This document shows positions 44,877-57,328 of a stretch of 59,222 bases of DNA, one piece after another. Numbering within the stretch: position 1 is the stretch's first letter; every line of letters begins with the position of its first letter. Under the pieces are notes generated by a model, which was not told the DNA's origin, made no database searches, and saw nothing but the letters and a program-made list of their open reading frames with translations. A program made the translations under genes and the position numbers. Source of the DNA: an uncultured Clostridia bacterium (lineage in GTDB: Bacteria > Bacillota > Clostridia > TANB77 > CAG-508); NCBI GenBank assembly GCA_947627265.1, contig CANQVM010000003.1, forward strand, positions 1-59,222, in the 5' to 3' direction.

Positions 44877-47478
44877 ATGTGGGAAACTTTGAGAAAAGAA
44901 GAAGTAATAAAATTATTAAGTACAGATAGAAAAAGAGGATTAACACAAGAAGAAATAAATATAAGAAAAAATAAATACGGAAAAAATAAATTGGATGATA
45001 AGCCAAAAGAAACACTATTTAAAAAATTTATAAAGCAATTTAAAGACTTTATGATTGCAATTTTGATCATTGCATCTATAATATCTGCAGTAATTTCATA
45101 TATACAAGGAGAAAATGATTACATAGATTCAATTATAATTATTTTAATTGTAATTTTAAATGCTATTATGGGAGTAATTCAAGAAGCTAAAGCTGAAAAA
45201 TCTATACAGGCTTTAAAAGATATGACACCAACCAAAGCAAAAGTAATAAGAGAAAATGTAAGAATTCAAATAAATGCAGATGAGTTAGTTCCAGGAGACA
45301 TTATTTTATTAGAATCAGGAAGTTATGTACCAGCAGATTGCAGACTAATAGAAAGTTATAATTTAAAAGTAGAAGAATCAAGTTTAACAGGTGAAACAGA
45401 GCCAGTTTTAAAAAATGCAGATATAATTTGTAAAAAAGATATTCCTATTGGAGATAAATTAAATATGGCATTTATGGCAAGCATTGTAGTTAATGGACAT
45501 GCTAAGGCAATAGTAACAGAAACAGGAATGAATACAAAAGTTGGAAAAATTGCAAATATGATAATTCAAGAAGAATCTCCAGAGACTCCTATTCAAAAAA
45601 AGTTAGCACAAGTAGGAAAGACATTAGGAATAGTATGTTTAGCAATCTGTTTAATTGTTTTTGTAATTGGAATTATTAAAAATATTGAGCCAATGGAAAT
45701 GTTTATGACATCAGTAGGATTAGCGGTAGCAGCTATTCCAGAAGGATTACCTGCTATTGTAACAATAGTTTTATCTATTGGAGTAACTAAAATGGCAAAA
45801 AACAATAGTATTATAAGAAAATTGCCTGCAGTAGAAACTTTAGGTAGTAGTAGAGTAATTTGTTCAGATAAAACAGGAACATTAACACAAAATAAAATGA
45901 CAGTAGTAGAAACAAAATCAAAGGATCCAAATTTTACTGCAGAATTAAGTACAATGTGTACTGATTGTGATATTACATATCAAGATGGAAAGGTAAAAAT
46001 AAGTGGAGACCCAACAGAGGTAGCAATTGTTCAAAATGGTTTAAATAATCAAAAAAATAAAATAGATTTATATGCACAAATGCCAAGAATAAATGAAATA
46101 CCATTTGATTCTACAAGAAAAATGATGACAACAATCCATAAAATAGAAAACAAATATAGAATTATCACAAAAGGAGCTCCTGATGTTTTATTAGAGAAAT
46201 GTAAAATTTCATCTATAGAAAAACAAAATATACAAAGACAAAATTTACAAATGGCAGAAAAGGCACTAAGAGTAATAGCTGTAGCATATAAAGATATAGA
46301 AAAATTACCAACTAAAATTAATACGCAAAATATAGAAAATAACTTAGATTTTGTACGGACTAATTGGCATGATAGATCCACCGAGGGAAGGAGTAAAGGA
46401 AGCAATAAGAAACTGTAAAAGGGCAGGAATAAAAACAGTTATGATTACAGGTGATCATATTGAAACAGCAAAGGCAATAGCGAAAGAATTAAATATACTA
46501 GGTAAAAATGATGAGGCTATAACAGGACAAGAATTAAATAAAATGTCACAAAAATTATTAGAAGATAAAATACAAAACTATTCTGTATTTGCAAGAGTAA
46601 CACCAGAACATAAAGTAAGAATTGTAAAAGCATGGCAAAATACAGGAGCAGTAGTAGCTATGACAGGAGATGGAGTAAATGATAGTCCAGCATTAAAAAA
46701 TGCAGACATAGGAATAGCAATGGGAAAAAACGGTACAGATGTAGCAAAAAATGCATCAGATATGATATTAACAGATGATAATTTTGTAACAATTGTAGAA
46801 GCAGTAAAGCAAGGAAGAAATATATACGACAATATAAAAAAAGCAATTCATTTTTTAATTGCTACAAATATAGGAGAGATAGTAACAATTTTTATGGGGT
46901 TAATATTAGGATTTAAATCTCCATTACTAGCAATACAACTATTATGGGTAAATCTAGTAACAGATTCATTACCAGCTATAGCCATAGGATTAGAACCACC
47001 AGAAAATAACATTATGAATAGAAAGCCAATTAACAGTAAAAAAAGTATTTTTGCAGATGGACTATGGAACAAAATTATAATAGAAGGAATTATGATTGGA
47101 ATGTTAACATTAGTAGCCTTTAGTATTGGAAATAAATACTATGGTCTTGAAACGGGAAGAACAATGGCATTTATTTCAATAGGAATATTAGAACTTGTCC
47201 ACAGCTTTAATATAAAAAGTGAACAATCTATATTTAAAACTAAAATTCTAGAAAATAAATTTCTAATTTTTAGTTTTATATTAGGAGCATTTATACAAAC
47301 TATAGTAGTATTAGTACCAACATTAGCAAATATATTCCAATTAGTTCCATTAAATACAACACAATGGATTATAACATTAGTAATATCAGTTCTTCCTATA
47401 CCTATTATTGAAATACAAAAAAAGGTAAATGAAATAAAATTTGGCAAAATTATTTATACACAAAAGCAAAGAGTATAA
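44877..47478 (+). CDS. Cation (Ca2+-type, P2A) transporting P-type ATPase, joined by a +1 shift at CGG 46356, 866 aa
   Basis: TGE, PEGL, DKTGTLT, KGAPD, then 'FVGLIGMIDPPR', TGD, GDGVND. Confidence 0.94.
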
Positions 47479-47597
47479 TAATTAAACTATAGCTCCCATT
47501 ATTTTTATAACTATGAAACAAATATATTAAAAATTTTAAAAAATAAGACTTTATTTTTTTGTATAAATAATATATAATATAAAAAAGTGAAAATAAT

Positions 47598-48275
47598 ATG
47601 GGGAAATTTATGAAAAATAAAGAGAGCAAAATATCAGGAATAATAAATTTTATTATTAAAATATTTTGGATTTTTATAATTGGCAGTGTATTTGGCTTTT
47701 TTGCAGAAATGATATATAGTACAGTTTATACAAGAACGATTGTAATTAGAAAGGGACTAATATATGGGCCATTTGTACAAGTATATGGAATGGGTGCTAT
47801 TGCATATTACTTATTAATATCAAAAGTTAAAGATCCAAAAGAAGCATTTTTCTCGGGATTAATAATGGGTGGAATTTTAGAATATGTATGCTCATTTTTT
47901 CAAGAGGTACTATTTGGAACAGTGTCATGGGATTATAGTGATTTGTTTATGAATATTAATGGAAGAACATGCATATTATACTGCTTTTATTGGGGGATTA
48001 TAGCAGTAATTTTCTTAAAATTAGTATATCCTTGGCTTGAAAAAATAATGCCATTGATTTATAAAAAAAGTGTTAGAATAATTACTATATTTTTAGTAAT
48101 ATTTATGACTTTTGATGTAACGATATCTTGTTTAGCAGCTAATCGACAAGAAAAAAGACATAAAAATGTTCCGGCTAAAAGTACACTAGATGAATTCCTA
48201 GATAATACATATCCAGATGAATTATTAGATAAAATTTATAACAACAAAACTGAAATAAAAAGCAATAGAAGATGA
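47598..48275 (+). CDS. Putative ABC transporter permease (CmpB/TMEM229-like)
   Basis: 'GPF..VYG.G', 'LEY', 'WDYS...NINGR.C....FYWG'. Confidence 0.8.
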   Translation: MGKFMKNKESKISGIINFIIKIFWIFIIGSVFGFFAEMIYSTVYTRTIVIRKGLIYGPFVQVYGMGAIAYYLLISKVKDPKEAFFSGLIMGGILEYVCSFFQEVLFGTVSWDYSDLFMNINGRTCILYCFYWGIIAVIFLKLVYPWLEKIMPLIYKKSVRIITIFLVIFMTFDVTISCLAANRQEKRHKNVPAKSTLDEFLDNTYPDELLDKIYNNKTEIKSNRR

Positions 48276-48586
48276 TGAAATAAATTAATATATAGAAGAA
48301 AAAATTTCAAAGAAATTAATAATATTCTTAATGATATTAACTGATCATAATTTTGAACTAGAGAGTTTCAATTAATAGAAATTCTTTAGTTTTTTATATA
48401 ATAGGAAAGTTATACTGACATTTCCTATTATGTATAAGCAAATATAATATATATAATTTAAGACATTTTAAACTAACAATTATATAAAGAAAATTAAAAA
48501 AATTAAGACAAAAAAATAAAAATATGATATACTTAAAGTAGTTACAATTATAAAAAAAAATAGAATAAAAGTTTTAGGAGAAATTT

Positions 48587-49036
48587 ATGGCAAAAATAGA
48601 AAATTATCCAAATGCATATAAAGAAGTCTATGTTATTTTAAACAATATGAATCCAGATGATACAAAAGCAATACCAAAATTGGTTATTAATAAAATAAAA
48701 AATAAAATGAATGAAAATTATGAATTTAAATTAGATTTAAATGTAAATTTTGAAAAACAAATACTATTAAAAGAAACTAAAATTATACTTGCATATTTAT
48801 TTCTTAACTACTGGGCAACGGATGAGCAAAGAAAAAAAATAGAGAAAAAATTTATGCAGGACATAATAAATGAAGAACAAAAAAAAAGAATATATAAGTT
48901 AGATAATTTATTAGAAAATACTCAAAATAGAAAATCTATACAAAAATTAGAAAATAAAGTGGTAGTATACAATAAAGAAAATATAATAAAAAAAATTATA
49001 AATATAATAAAAAGAATATTTACTAAAAAAAATTAA
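48587..49036 (+). CDS. Hypothetical protein
   Basis: 149-aa ORF with AGGAG RBS. Confidence 0.7.
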   Translation: MAKIENYPNAYKEVYVILNNMNPDDTKAIPKLVINKIKNKMNENYEFKLDLNVNFEKQILLKETKIILAYLFLNYWATDEQRKKIEKKFMQDIINEEQKKRIYKLDNLLENTQNRKSIQKLENKVVVYNKENIIKKIINIIKRIFTKKN

Positions 49037-49095
49037 TATAAAATATTATGTATTAACTGATACTAAAAATGAAGGGATTAAATTAATTTAAGAAA

Positions 49096-50828
49096 ATGGA
49101 GATTAGTGATTTACAAAAAATGATAGATGAAATTAAAGGTACAAGTTTTTTTTATTTTAATGAAATAGTTAACTTAATAAAATCAACAGGAAAAGTTGAA
49201 GAATATCTAATACCAGAAACAGCAAAAAAATTTGAATTTTCTACATATGAAATATCAAAATTAATAAAAGAAACAGGCAATATAGAAAAATATTTATTAG
49301 AAGGTCAAAAGAAAGATGATAAACATATAAGATTTAGTATAGCAAATCTTATAAAAGCAACAGGAAGGATTGAAGAATATTTAACACCAGAAAAAATTAA
49401 AAAATTTGATATTGATGATAATCAAATAAACCAATTAATAAAAGAAACAGGAAATGTAGAAAAATATTTATTAGAAGGCCAGAGTAAAGAAGATGTTGAA
49501 TCTGGTAAATTAGAATTAAGCATTATAAACATAATAAAAGCAACAGGAAAAATAGAAGAATATTTAGTTCCCGAAAAAATAGGAGAGCTATGTCTTGAAC
49601 AATCTGAAATAACTGACTTAATAAAAGAAACAGGAAATATAGAAAAATATTTATTAGAAGGCCAGAGTAAAGAAGATGTTGAATCTGGAAAATTAAAATT
49701 AACTATTGAAAATATAATTAAATCATATTTAACAGGTAGACAAAACTTATCAAAGGAAAAAATAATATTACCAAATAATATGACAATTGGAATAGAAATT
49801 GAAACTCAAGGAAATTCATCTAATTATTTATTATATTATTATATAAATATTGGTGAACAAAATTGGAATTGTAAAATGGATGGTAGCTTAATTGATGAAA
49901 AATATAAACGGAGTGGAAGTTACATCACCAATATTAACAGGAGATTTAGATAAATCATCTCAAACGATAAAAAAAGTATGCCAAAAGTTAAAAATATTAC
50001 GGTCAAAAAGCAACGAAAAAATGTGGAGGACATATACATATAGGAGGTGATTACTTAACTACTAAGGAAAGTTGGGAGAATTTAATTGAAATATGGGGAG
50101 ATTGTGAAAAAATATTATACACAATAAGCAATAAATCTGGTGAGATTCCAAGGAAAGGTATAAACGAGTTTGCCAAACCAATTTCAGGTGAGTTAGAGAA
50201 AATTTTAAATACAGGTAGTGTTGATTTACAATCAAAAGAAGATTTAACAGATTTTGTAAAAAAAGTTCAAGATGCAAATGAGGGTACTAATAAATTTTAT
50301 GATATTAATGCTAAAAGATATTATGGAATTAATTTTTTGAATTTAGGAGATGAAAAAAATACTATAGAATTTCGATTACCTAATGGAACACTAGATGAAG
50401 ATACATGGATTCAAAATATAAATTTATTTGGTGGACTTGTTAAAGCATGTGAAAATTTAGCAATGATACAAACAAAAGCAAAACAAGAAAGAACAGAAAA
50501 AGATCAAAGAATGTTAGAGCATTTTGAACAATTAAAAAATTCAGAAATAAGTCAAGAACAAAAATTAGAAGAATTATTATCAATTGTCATCCCAGAAGAA
50601 CAAAAAGAAATTTATAGAGAACGATATAGAGTAAATAGTGTATTAATCGAACAAAATCCTACAATAAAAGAGAAAATTACAAGTCAAGTTGCCAAAATTC
50701 CAATAAATGTAAAACAGATTGGAAAGAAAGTTTTTTTAGGTGCTGATTGTGTAACAGGAGAAGAATATAATAAAGAATCAGAAATTATAAAGAATAATTT
50801 AAAAGAAAATAATTTAGACAGAATTTAG
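49096..50828 (+). CDS. Amidoligase-2-like protein with N-terminal repeats, joined by two +1 shifts (CGG 49909 and 50000), 576 aa
   Basis: Motifs GIEIE, DGSL, EVTSPIL, CGGHIHIG, RYYGIN and TIEFR appear in order only after both shifts. Confidence 0.85.
49150..49730 (+). repeat. Three ~55-61-aa internal repeats in the amidoligase N-terminus
   Basis: (N.IK.TGK.EEYL.PE...LIKETGN.EKYLLEGQ) x3; the last two are nearly identical in DNA. Confidence 0.85.
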
Positions 50829-50846
50829 ATTGAAAGGAAAATACAA

Positions 50847-51257
50847 ATGTTAAAAAATTTAGTTGTAATAGAAAATGATTTATCAATTCAATGTGATACA
50901 TTAGAAGAACTTGTAAAATTATTAATTGATGAAAAATATTATGAGATGACAGAAATAAAAAAAATTGAAATAATGGAAATGAAAGCTTTGGCAAATTGCA
51001 TAAATAATAAAATGGAAATAATAAAAGAACAGGATAGTAATGAACAGGAAAATTTAGATAATAAATTTATAATAAAGGATGAGTTTACTTATATTTTATC
51101 ATTACTTCAAACTAACAAAATTATATTATTGGAAAAAAAAGATGCATCTATATTAACTAAAGACTTAGAAAAAGACAACATAAAAGACAACTATATAATA
51201 GTAAATACATTTGCTAAAGAACTGTTAATTAAATATTTAAAACAAAACAACTTTTAA
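50847..51257 (+). CDS. Hypothetical protein
   Basis: 136-aa ORF with AAAGGA RBS. Confidence 0.65.
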   Translation: MLKNLVVIENDLSIQCDTLEELVKLLIDEKYYEMTEIKKIEIMEMKALANCINNKMEIIKEQDSNEQENLDNKFIIKDEFTYILSLLQTNKIILLEKKDASILTKDLEKDNIKDNYIIVNTFAKELLIKYLKQNNF

Positions 51258-51265
51258 TTATTATT

Positions 51266-51310
51266 TAAAGTGTATATGAGAAAGAAATTTTCTTTCTCAT
51301 ATACACTTTA
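51266..51310. terminator. Perfect palindrome with 22-bp arms (terminator-like)
   Basis: TAAAGTGTATATGAGAAAGAAA-T-TTTCTTTCTCATATACACTTTA. Confidence 0.7.
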
Positions 51311-51719
51311 TTTAGTACAAAACTATTTTCATTTCTTTCCAAGCACAGATAGATGGATAGAGCTTTGAAACATCAGAGTCTTTTCTAATGACAATTCTTC
51401 ATCACATATATATTTTGTTTTAAATTTGATATCTAAAAAAAGACTATGAGCAGGATTAGTTATTGTTAAGTGGAAAATTAGTTATCATATAAATATTTCA
51501 TCCATATTAGAAATTTTGAAAAATAGACTCATACTTTATTAAATGCTGAAAACAACTAGAAAAGGAAGAAAGAGAAAAAGAGCGAAAGCTAGAAATATAA
51601 TAGTAATATATTGTAATAAAAATTATTTTATGATAGTATTATACTAGGTTCGAGTAACAAATTAGAATATCAGAAATAATGAACTTATTGTAAAAATATA
51701 GAAAGAGAAACAATAAAAA

Positions 51720-53385
51720 ATGAATATATTAATTAAAAATCAATTAAAGAAATATAAATTAGCAATATTAACATTTTTAATAATATACATAATAGAAATA
51801 ATATTATCTTTATTAGAGCCAGTTATTTTTGGTGCAATATTAGATATGTTAATAAGCAATCGTGGAAATATTAGCATTGAATTGAAACAAAATATAATTC
51901 TTTTGTGTGCAGTATTGCTTTCTTCATTTATATTATATGTGTTAAGTAAAAGAATAATATATTCAACTGGAAGAAAAGTAAAGCAAGGAATATATACAGA
52001 CTTAATAGAAAAATTTGAAAAATCCAAAATTAGTTTTTTTGAAAGTGTCGACAAAGGAACTTTTGTATCTTATATAGTAAACGATATAAATTCTTTATGG
52101 TCTATTATAGGACATGGAACTATAGAAATTACTAGAGTAATTGCATATACAATAATAGGATTTTTTATATCAATGAAGTATGTAAATTTTTCATTAAGTA
52201 TATCTGTATTTGTTGTATTTCCTATTTTTATTTATCTTATTATAAAGCAAAATTCAAAAGTAGAAGTAGTAACGAAAGAAAGTAAGGATTTAAATGCAAA
52301 ATTATCTAAAAAGATAAATGATGGATTTTGTGGGTTTACAGTAATAAAATCATATGTTAAAGAGAAAGAAACAATAGAACAGTTTAATGATATAAATAAA
52401 AAAATTAAAGATAAGAATATACAATATAATAAAATTGTAGCTAAGATAGATATTATTTCAACAATTTGTCAAGGTATTAGCTTTTCTATAGCATGTATTT
52501 ATGGAATATATCTTGTTATGCAAAATGTTATAACAATAGGCTCATTTATTGCATTTAATTCAATTATTGAAAAAATAATATCAGATTATATATATGCGGG
52601 AAACTTAGTAAGAAAAGCAAATGAATTGAAAATTATTGATAAAAGAATAAAATTTTTATATAACATAGAAATGTATTCAAATGGAAAAAAACAAATGCCC
52701 CAAAATCCAAATATTAAGATAAGCAATCTAGATTATAAATATAAAAATGAAAAAGAGAATGTATTAGAAAATATTAATATAGATATACCGTATGGTAGTT
52801 TTATAGGAATATTGGGTAAAACACGGATCTGGAAAAACTACATTAGCTAATATAATTACTAAACTTTATGAAATTGAAAATGGTAAAATAACATTTAATG
52901 ATATAGATATAAATGATATTGATAGAGTTTCTTTATACAAAGATGTATCATATGTGATGCAAGAGGATTATATATATGATAGTACTGTGATGTATAATGT
53001 AGAACTTGGAAAAGAATATAATGAACAGGAAATTGTTGATTCTTTAAATAAATCAGAGTTTTTGAGTACTGTTAATAAATTTCCTAAAAAATATGAGACT
53101 AATATAGGAGAAAGTGGAATTAAGATTTCAGGTGGTCAGAAACAAAGGTTACTTTTAGCTAGAAATATTATAACTAAACCTAAAATATTAATCATTGATA
53201 ATGGTTTAACTGGATTGGATATAGAAACAAGAAAAAAAGTAATTGAAAAAATAACAAATAAAAATAAAAATATGACTCTAATCATAATTTCAAATATGAT
53301 AGAAGATATAAAGGATGCAGATAAAATATATATGTTAGAAGAAAAAACATTAAAAGAAATAAATCTAATGGAGGTACAAAGTTAA
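51720..53385 (+). CDS. ABC exporter TMD+NBD subunit A, joined by a +1 shift at CGG 52824, 554 aa
   Basis: 6 TM helices; the shift restores Walker A GKTGSGKT; ISGGQKQR; degenerate Walker B (IIDNG). Confidence 0.9.
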
Positions 53386-55042
53386 ATGATTAATATGAAA
53401 AAAATTATACTTAAGTATAAGTATAAATATTTACTAGTAATTGTTTTAATAATAGCAATTTCTTTGATAAATACTTTGTTACCATACATGATAAAACAAG
53501 CTATAGAACTAGCAAAAGGAAGTACCGTATTTGAAAATATAAAACAAAGTTTATTTATACTAGTTGGAATATATATGGCAGTCACAGTAATATGTGCAAT
53601 TATAGAATATTTAAAATCAACATTGTTAGCTAAAAATACCGAAAATTTAATATACGAAATAAGAGAGAATGCATATAAAAAAGTAATGAGTTTTAATATG
53701 GATACTTTTTCTAATATGCATATAGCAACACTTGTTACAAGAATGACATCAGATATATCTAATATTGGCGAATTTATAGGAAAAGTATTACCTATGTTTA
53801 TGAGTTCAGGTATATTTTTAGCAGTGATTATTTTTGTAATGTGTTTTATTAATATATACTTTGCAACAGTTATGATAATTTGTAGTTTGATTTTAGTTAT
53901 AGCTATTTTGAAAATAGGGAAGATAATGTCTTATCATAAGAAAAAAGAAATTGAAGTTGGTGAAAAATTAAATAATTATTTTGGAGAAACTTTTTCAGGT
54001 ATAAAAACGTTACATGTTTTTAATATTCAAAAAGAAAGAAGAGAAATATTAGATAAATATAATAAAATGGAATTAGAAGAATCAAATAAATATTTTAATG
54101 CACATAATATTCTAACACCAATAAAATCAATAACAAGATATTTGATAATTTCTATAATAATTTATATATGTATGCAAGGTAAAATTGCAAATATGGACAT
54201 AGGTATTATTTATTTAGTTGTAAGTTATATAGATAAGTTTTTTGAACCATTATCAAATATGCTTTGGCGTTACGAAGACTTACAAAAAGGTAAAATATCG
54301 TTAAATAGAATAGAAGAATTGTTAGGAGAAGATAAAAATATAGAAAATATCTATAAAGGGGAGAAGGCAGAAAAATTATATGGTAATATAAAATTTATAA
54401 ATGTCAATTTTTCATATATAGAAGGGACAACAATATTAGAAAATATAAACTTTTCTATAAATAAAGGAGAGAAGATAGCTTTAGTTGGTGAAACTGGAGC
54501 TGGGAAAACAACTATGGTAAATTTAATATTAGGATTTTATAAAATAAATTCAGGAAATATATTGCTTGATGGTAAAAATATTGATGATATATCTCTAGAA
54601 AGTATAAGAAAAAATATTTCATTTATACAGCAAAATCCTTATATATTTGACAACACAATAAAAAGAAATATAGCATTAAACATGGAAAATGAAATATCAG
54701 ATGAAAAAATCTTAAAAATTTTAGAAATGACTCGGTCTTTATAATAAAGTAGTAAATTTAAAAAATGGAATATATGAAAAAGTAAATGATAATACATTTT
54801 CAAAAGGGGAAAAACAATTATTAGCTTTTGCTAGAGCTATTGCAAAAGAGACAAGTATTTATATATTTGATGAACCAACATCTAATATTGATATTGAAAG
54901 TGAAGTGAAACTAAAAAACATTATAGATGAAATATCTAAAGATGCGACTGTTATTATAATAGCACATAGACCAACAACAATAGAAAATGTAGATAGAGTA
55001 TTTAAATTTCAAAATAAAAAAGTAATAGTTAGTAATAGATAA
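53386..55042 (+). CDS. ABC exporter TMD+NBD subunit B, joined by a +1 shift at CGG 54733, 551 aa
   Basis: Walker A GETGAGKT; +1 frame 54734-55042 carries FSKGEKQL, IFDEPTSNID, IAHR (missing from ORF track). Confidence 0.9.
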
Positions 55043-55080
55043 AACTAATTAATATATAGTAGGGCAGATCTGAATATAAG

Positions 55081-55115
55081 AAAAAGTAAGCTAATAAATC
55101 AAAAGCTTACTTTTT
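55081..55115. terminator. Bidirectional terminator
   Basis: AAAAAGTAAGCT...AGCTTACTTTTT between convergent genes. Confidence 0.7.
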
Positions 55116-55120
55116 GTACT

Positions 55121-55487
55121 TTATTTCCAATACATATTGCTTAAATTGCTTAATTTCATTTTAAAATCTATATAAGTATCTCTTAAATTTCTAGCTTTTT
55201 TAGACCATTCTTTAAATTGTTTCTCTTTAAATATTTTTGTATGATTATAATGTAATCCATGCATTCTCTTATATTCTCTAGTATATTCTTTTAAAATTAG
55301 ACTATTTTTAATTTTCTCTTTTTGCTTATTTAAAGCTCCAATTTCTCTACAAGTTTTTCCAGTATCTAAATACAAGTTATTGCAATATTTTTGGTCATTT
55401 CTACCTTTCTGATTTGGATTATTGCTTGTAGTAGTCAGTACAAATAATCTTCCACAATTTTCACATTTATTAATAGTAAAATTATTT
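55121..55487 (-). pseudogene. 5'-truncated Zn-finger (DUF6076-like) gene fragment, copy 1
   Basis: Frame reads ...KCENCGRLF...KYCNNLYLDTGKTCREIG...; upstream in-frame stop and no good start. Confidence 0.55.
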
Positions 55488-55717
55488 TAAATAACTCAAA
55501 TTTGATAATACTATGGCAAAAAATAATTTGCCACAGACAGGAATAGGTATATAAAGTAAAATAAAAGAAAAATCTTTCAAATATAAACTAATCATAATAC
55601 AACCTCTGTACGAATACAATTAAACAAATGTATTCGTATGGAGGTTTTGCAATATTGCGAGGTGTATCAATAGAAGAGCGAGCAATTCAGCTTGCAAAAT
55701 ATATAATAGATTCAAAA
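55181..55717. repeat. Direct repeat copy 1 (~537 bp) including the spoIIID upstream region and first 21 codons
   Basis: Nearly identical to 56793-57328, with a few substitutions/indels. Confidence 0.92.
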
Positions 55718-56130
55718 TTTTCTTTCGGTTGATTGTGCTTTTCTTTATTTTTTATCCTATAAGTAGTCCCACCAAGAGCCCTAACTATACTATTTTGACC
55801 ACCACAAAGTCCTAATACAGGAATATCATTTTCATAACAATATTTTGCAATCCAGTTTTCATATGCTTCATTACTGTTTCCACCTTGCAATATAATTCCG
55901 TTACATAATTTTATCTGTTCAATTATTTCTTTTTTATTTATTTCGTTTTCACATTTAACCCAATCATCAACAGTATATTGAATTTCATCATTAGCAGATA
56001 AAATTCCTATAGCAATAGCCCCATTATCAAATATTGCTTGTTTCACTTCATCTCTGATTAATGAATCTGTTCTAATTCTTTCACTTTTTATATCATGTTT
56101 TGCTATAATTCCTATAATTGGTTTATTCAT
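55687..56130 (-). pseudogene. Peptidase C26 / gamma-glutamyl-GABA hydrolase-like, 3'-truncated
   Basis: 'KPIIGI', 'GIILQGG', 'PVLGLCGG.N'; runs into the repeat at 55717 and lacks the C-terminal HPE motif. Confidence 0.75.
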
Positions 56131-56641
56131 CTATTTTCCACTCTCTTAAAGTATAATGATAATAGTCTATGCCTTCCTTTACATATTTAAAATCATTTCT
56201 TTCATATATTTCATTTAATTTTTTATTCGAAGTTAGACATTCAGTTCGTAAATATTTTTTTCCATTTAGTTTTGTTATATTTTTAGCATTTTTAAATATT
56301 TCACTACCAATATTTTTGTATCCTACTTTTGATACCACTTTGTATAAATAATAAGCATCTGTTTTATTATCATTCCAAAAATGACTATCTGTAGAAACTT
56401 CAAATCCTGCAATTATTTCATTTCCTTTTTTTAAAATATAGAAATCTCCATTTACAATAACTTGAATAAATTGTTCTTTTGGATGATTAGTTAAATATTT
56501 ACTCCATTGCTTTATACCATTTTCTTTAAACCAATTCATTCTTTCTGCATATAAATTGATGATTTCATCTATATCATCAATAGTAGCTTTTTTTAATATA
56601 ATATTGTTCTTTACTGAATTATCTTTTTTTGTATCTTGCAT
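56123..56641 (-). CDS. GNAT family N-acetyltransferase
   Basis: 'GIKQW', 'YLYKVV...GYKNIG', 'LRTEC...NKKL..IYE..F'. Confidence 0.85.
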   Translation of the reverse strand: MQDTKKDNSVKNNIILKKATIDDIDEIINLYAERMNWFKENGIKQWSKYLTNHPKEQFIQVIVNGDFYILKKGNEIIAGFEVSTDSHFWNDNKTDAYYLYKVVSKVGYKNIGSEIFKNAKNITKLNGKKYLRTECLTSNKKLNEIYERNDFKYVKEGIDYYHYTLREWKIDE

Positions 56642-56699
56642 TTTATATCTCCTATTTGGTAAAATATTATACTTATATTATCATATAATTGTTTTATTA

Positions 56700-57099
56700 T
56701 CAATTAATTTCATTAATATTTTTCCAATACATATCACTTAATTTTTCCAACTCAACCTTAAATTCTTCGATTTGGCTATCATTATAAATATTTCTTAAAT
56801 TTCTAGCTTTTCTAGACCATTCTTTAAATTGTTTCTCTTTAAATATTTTTGTATGATTATAATATAATCCATGCATTCTTTTATATTCTCTAGTATATTC
56901 TTTTAAAATTAGACTATTTTTAATTTTCTCTTTTTGCTTATTTAAAGCTCCAATTTCTCTACAAGTTTTTCCAGTATCTAAATACAAGTTATTGCAATAT
57001 TTTTGGTCATTTCTACCTTTCTGATTTGGATTATTGCTTGTAGTAGTCAGTACAAATAATCTTCCACAATTTTCACATTTATTAATAGTAAAATTATTT
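56700..57099 (-). pseudogene. 5'-truncated Zn-finger (DUF6076-like) gene fragment, copy 2
   Basis: Same sequence as copy 1 with a longer, divergent C-terminus. Confidence 0.55.
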
Positions 57100-57328
57100 T
57101 AAATAACTCAAATTTGATAATACTATGGCAAAAAATAATTTGCCACAGACAGGAATAGGTATATAAAGTAAAATAAAAGAAAAATCTTTCAAATATAAAC
57201 TAATCATAATACAACCTCTGTACGAATACAATTAAACAAATGTATTCGTATGGAGGTTTTGCAATATGAGAGGTGTATCAATAGAAGAGCGAGCAATTCA
57301 GCTTGCAAAATATATAATAGATTCAAAA
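56793..57328. repeat. Direct repeat copy 2
   Basis: Nearly identical to 55181-55717; continues into full spoIIID. Confidence 0.92.
57213..57258 (+). promoter_or_regulatory. Stem-loop occluding the spoIIID Shine-Dalgarno
   Basis: AACCTCTGTACGAATACA pairs with TGTATTCGTATGGAGGTT (18 bp, two G-U pairs). Confidence 0.7.

Noticed and set aside
51311-51719. Possible gene remnants upstream of the ABC exporter
   Set aside because: Only short, stop-ridden fragments with no identifiable family.
781-55900. Apparent abundance of NNC-GGN codon pairs as possible reverted shift sites
   Set aside because: Roughly 30 seen by eye among many hundreds of Gly codons; no evident enrichment.
431-56741. Many short antisense or overlapping ORFs in the track (e.g. 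431-688, 591-902, 41941-42174, 42685-43086, 47139-47447)
   Set aside because: They are shadows of real genes on the opposite strand, low-complexity F/L/I-rich, without RBS.
55181-57328. A skin-like excisable prophage interrupting spoIIID
   Set aside because: No recombinase or phage genes, and the downstream spoIIID copy is already complete; kept only as a duplication or integration scar.
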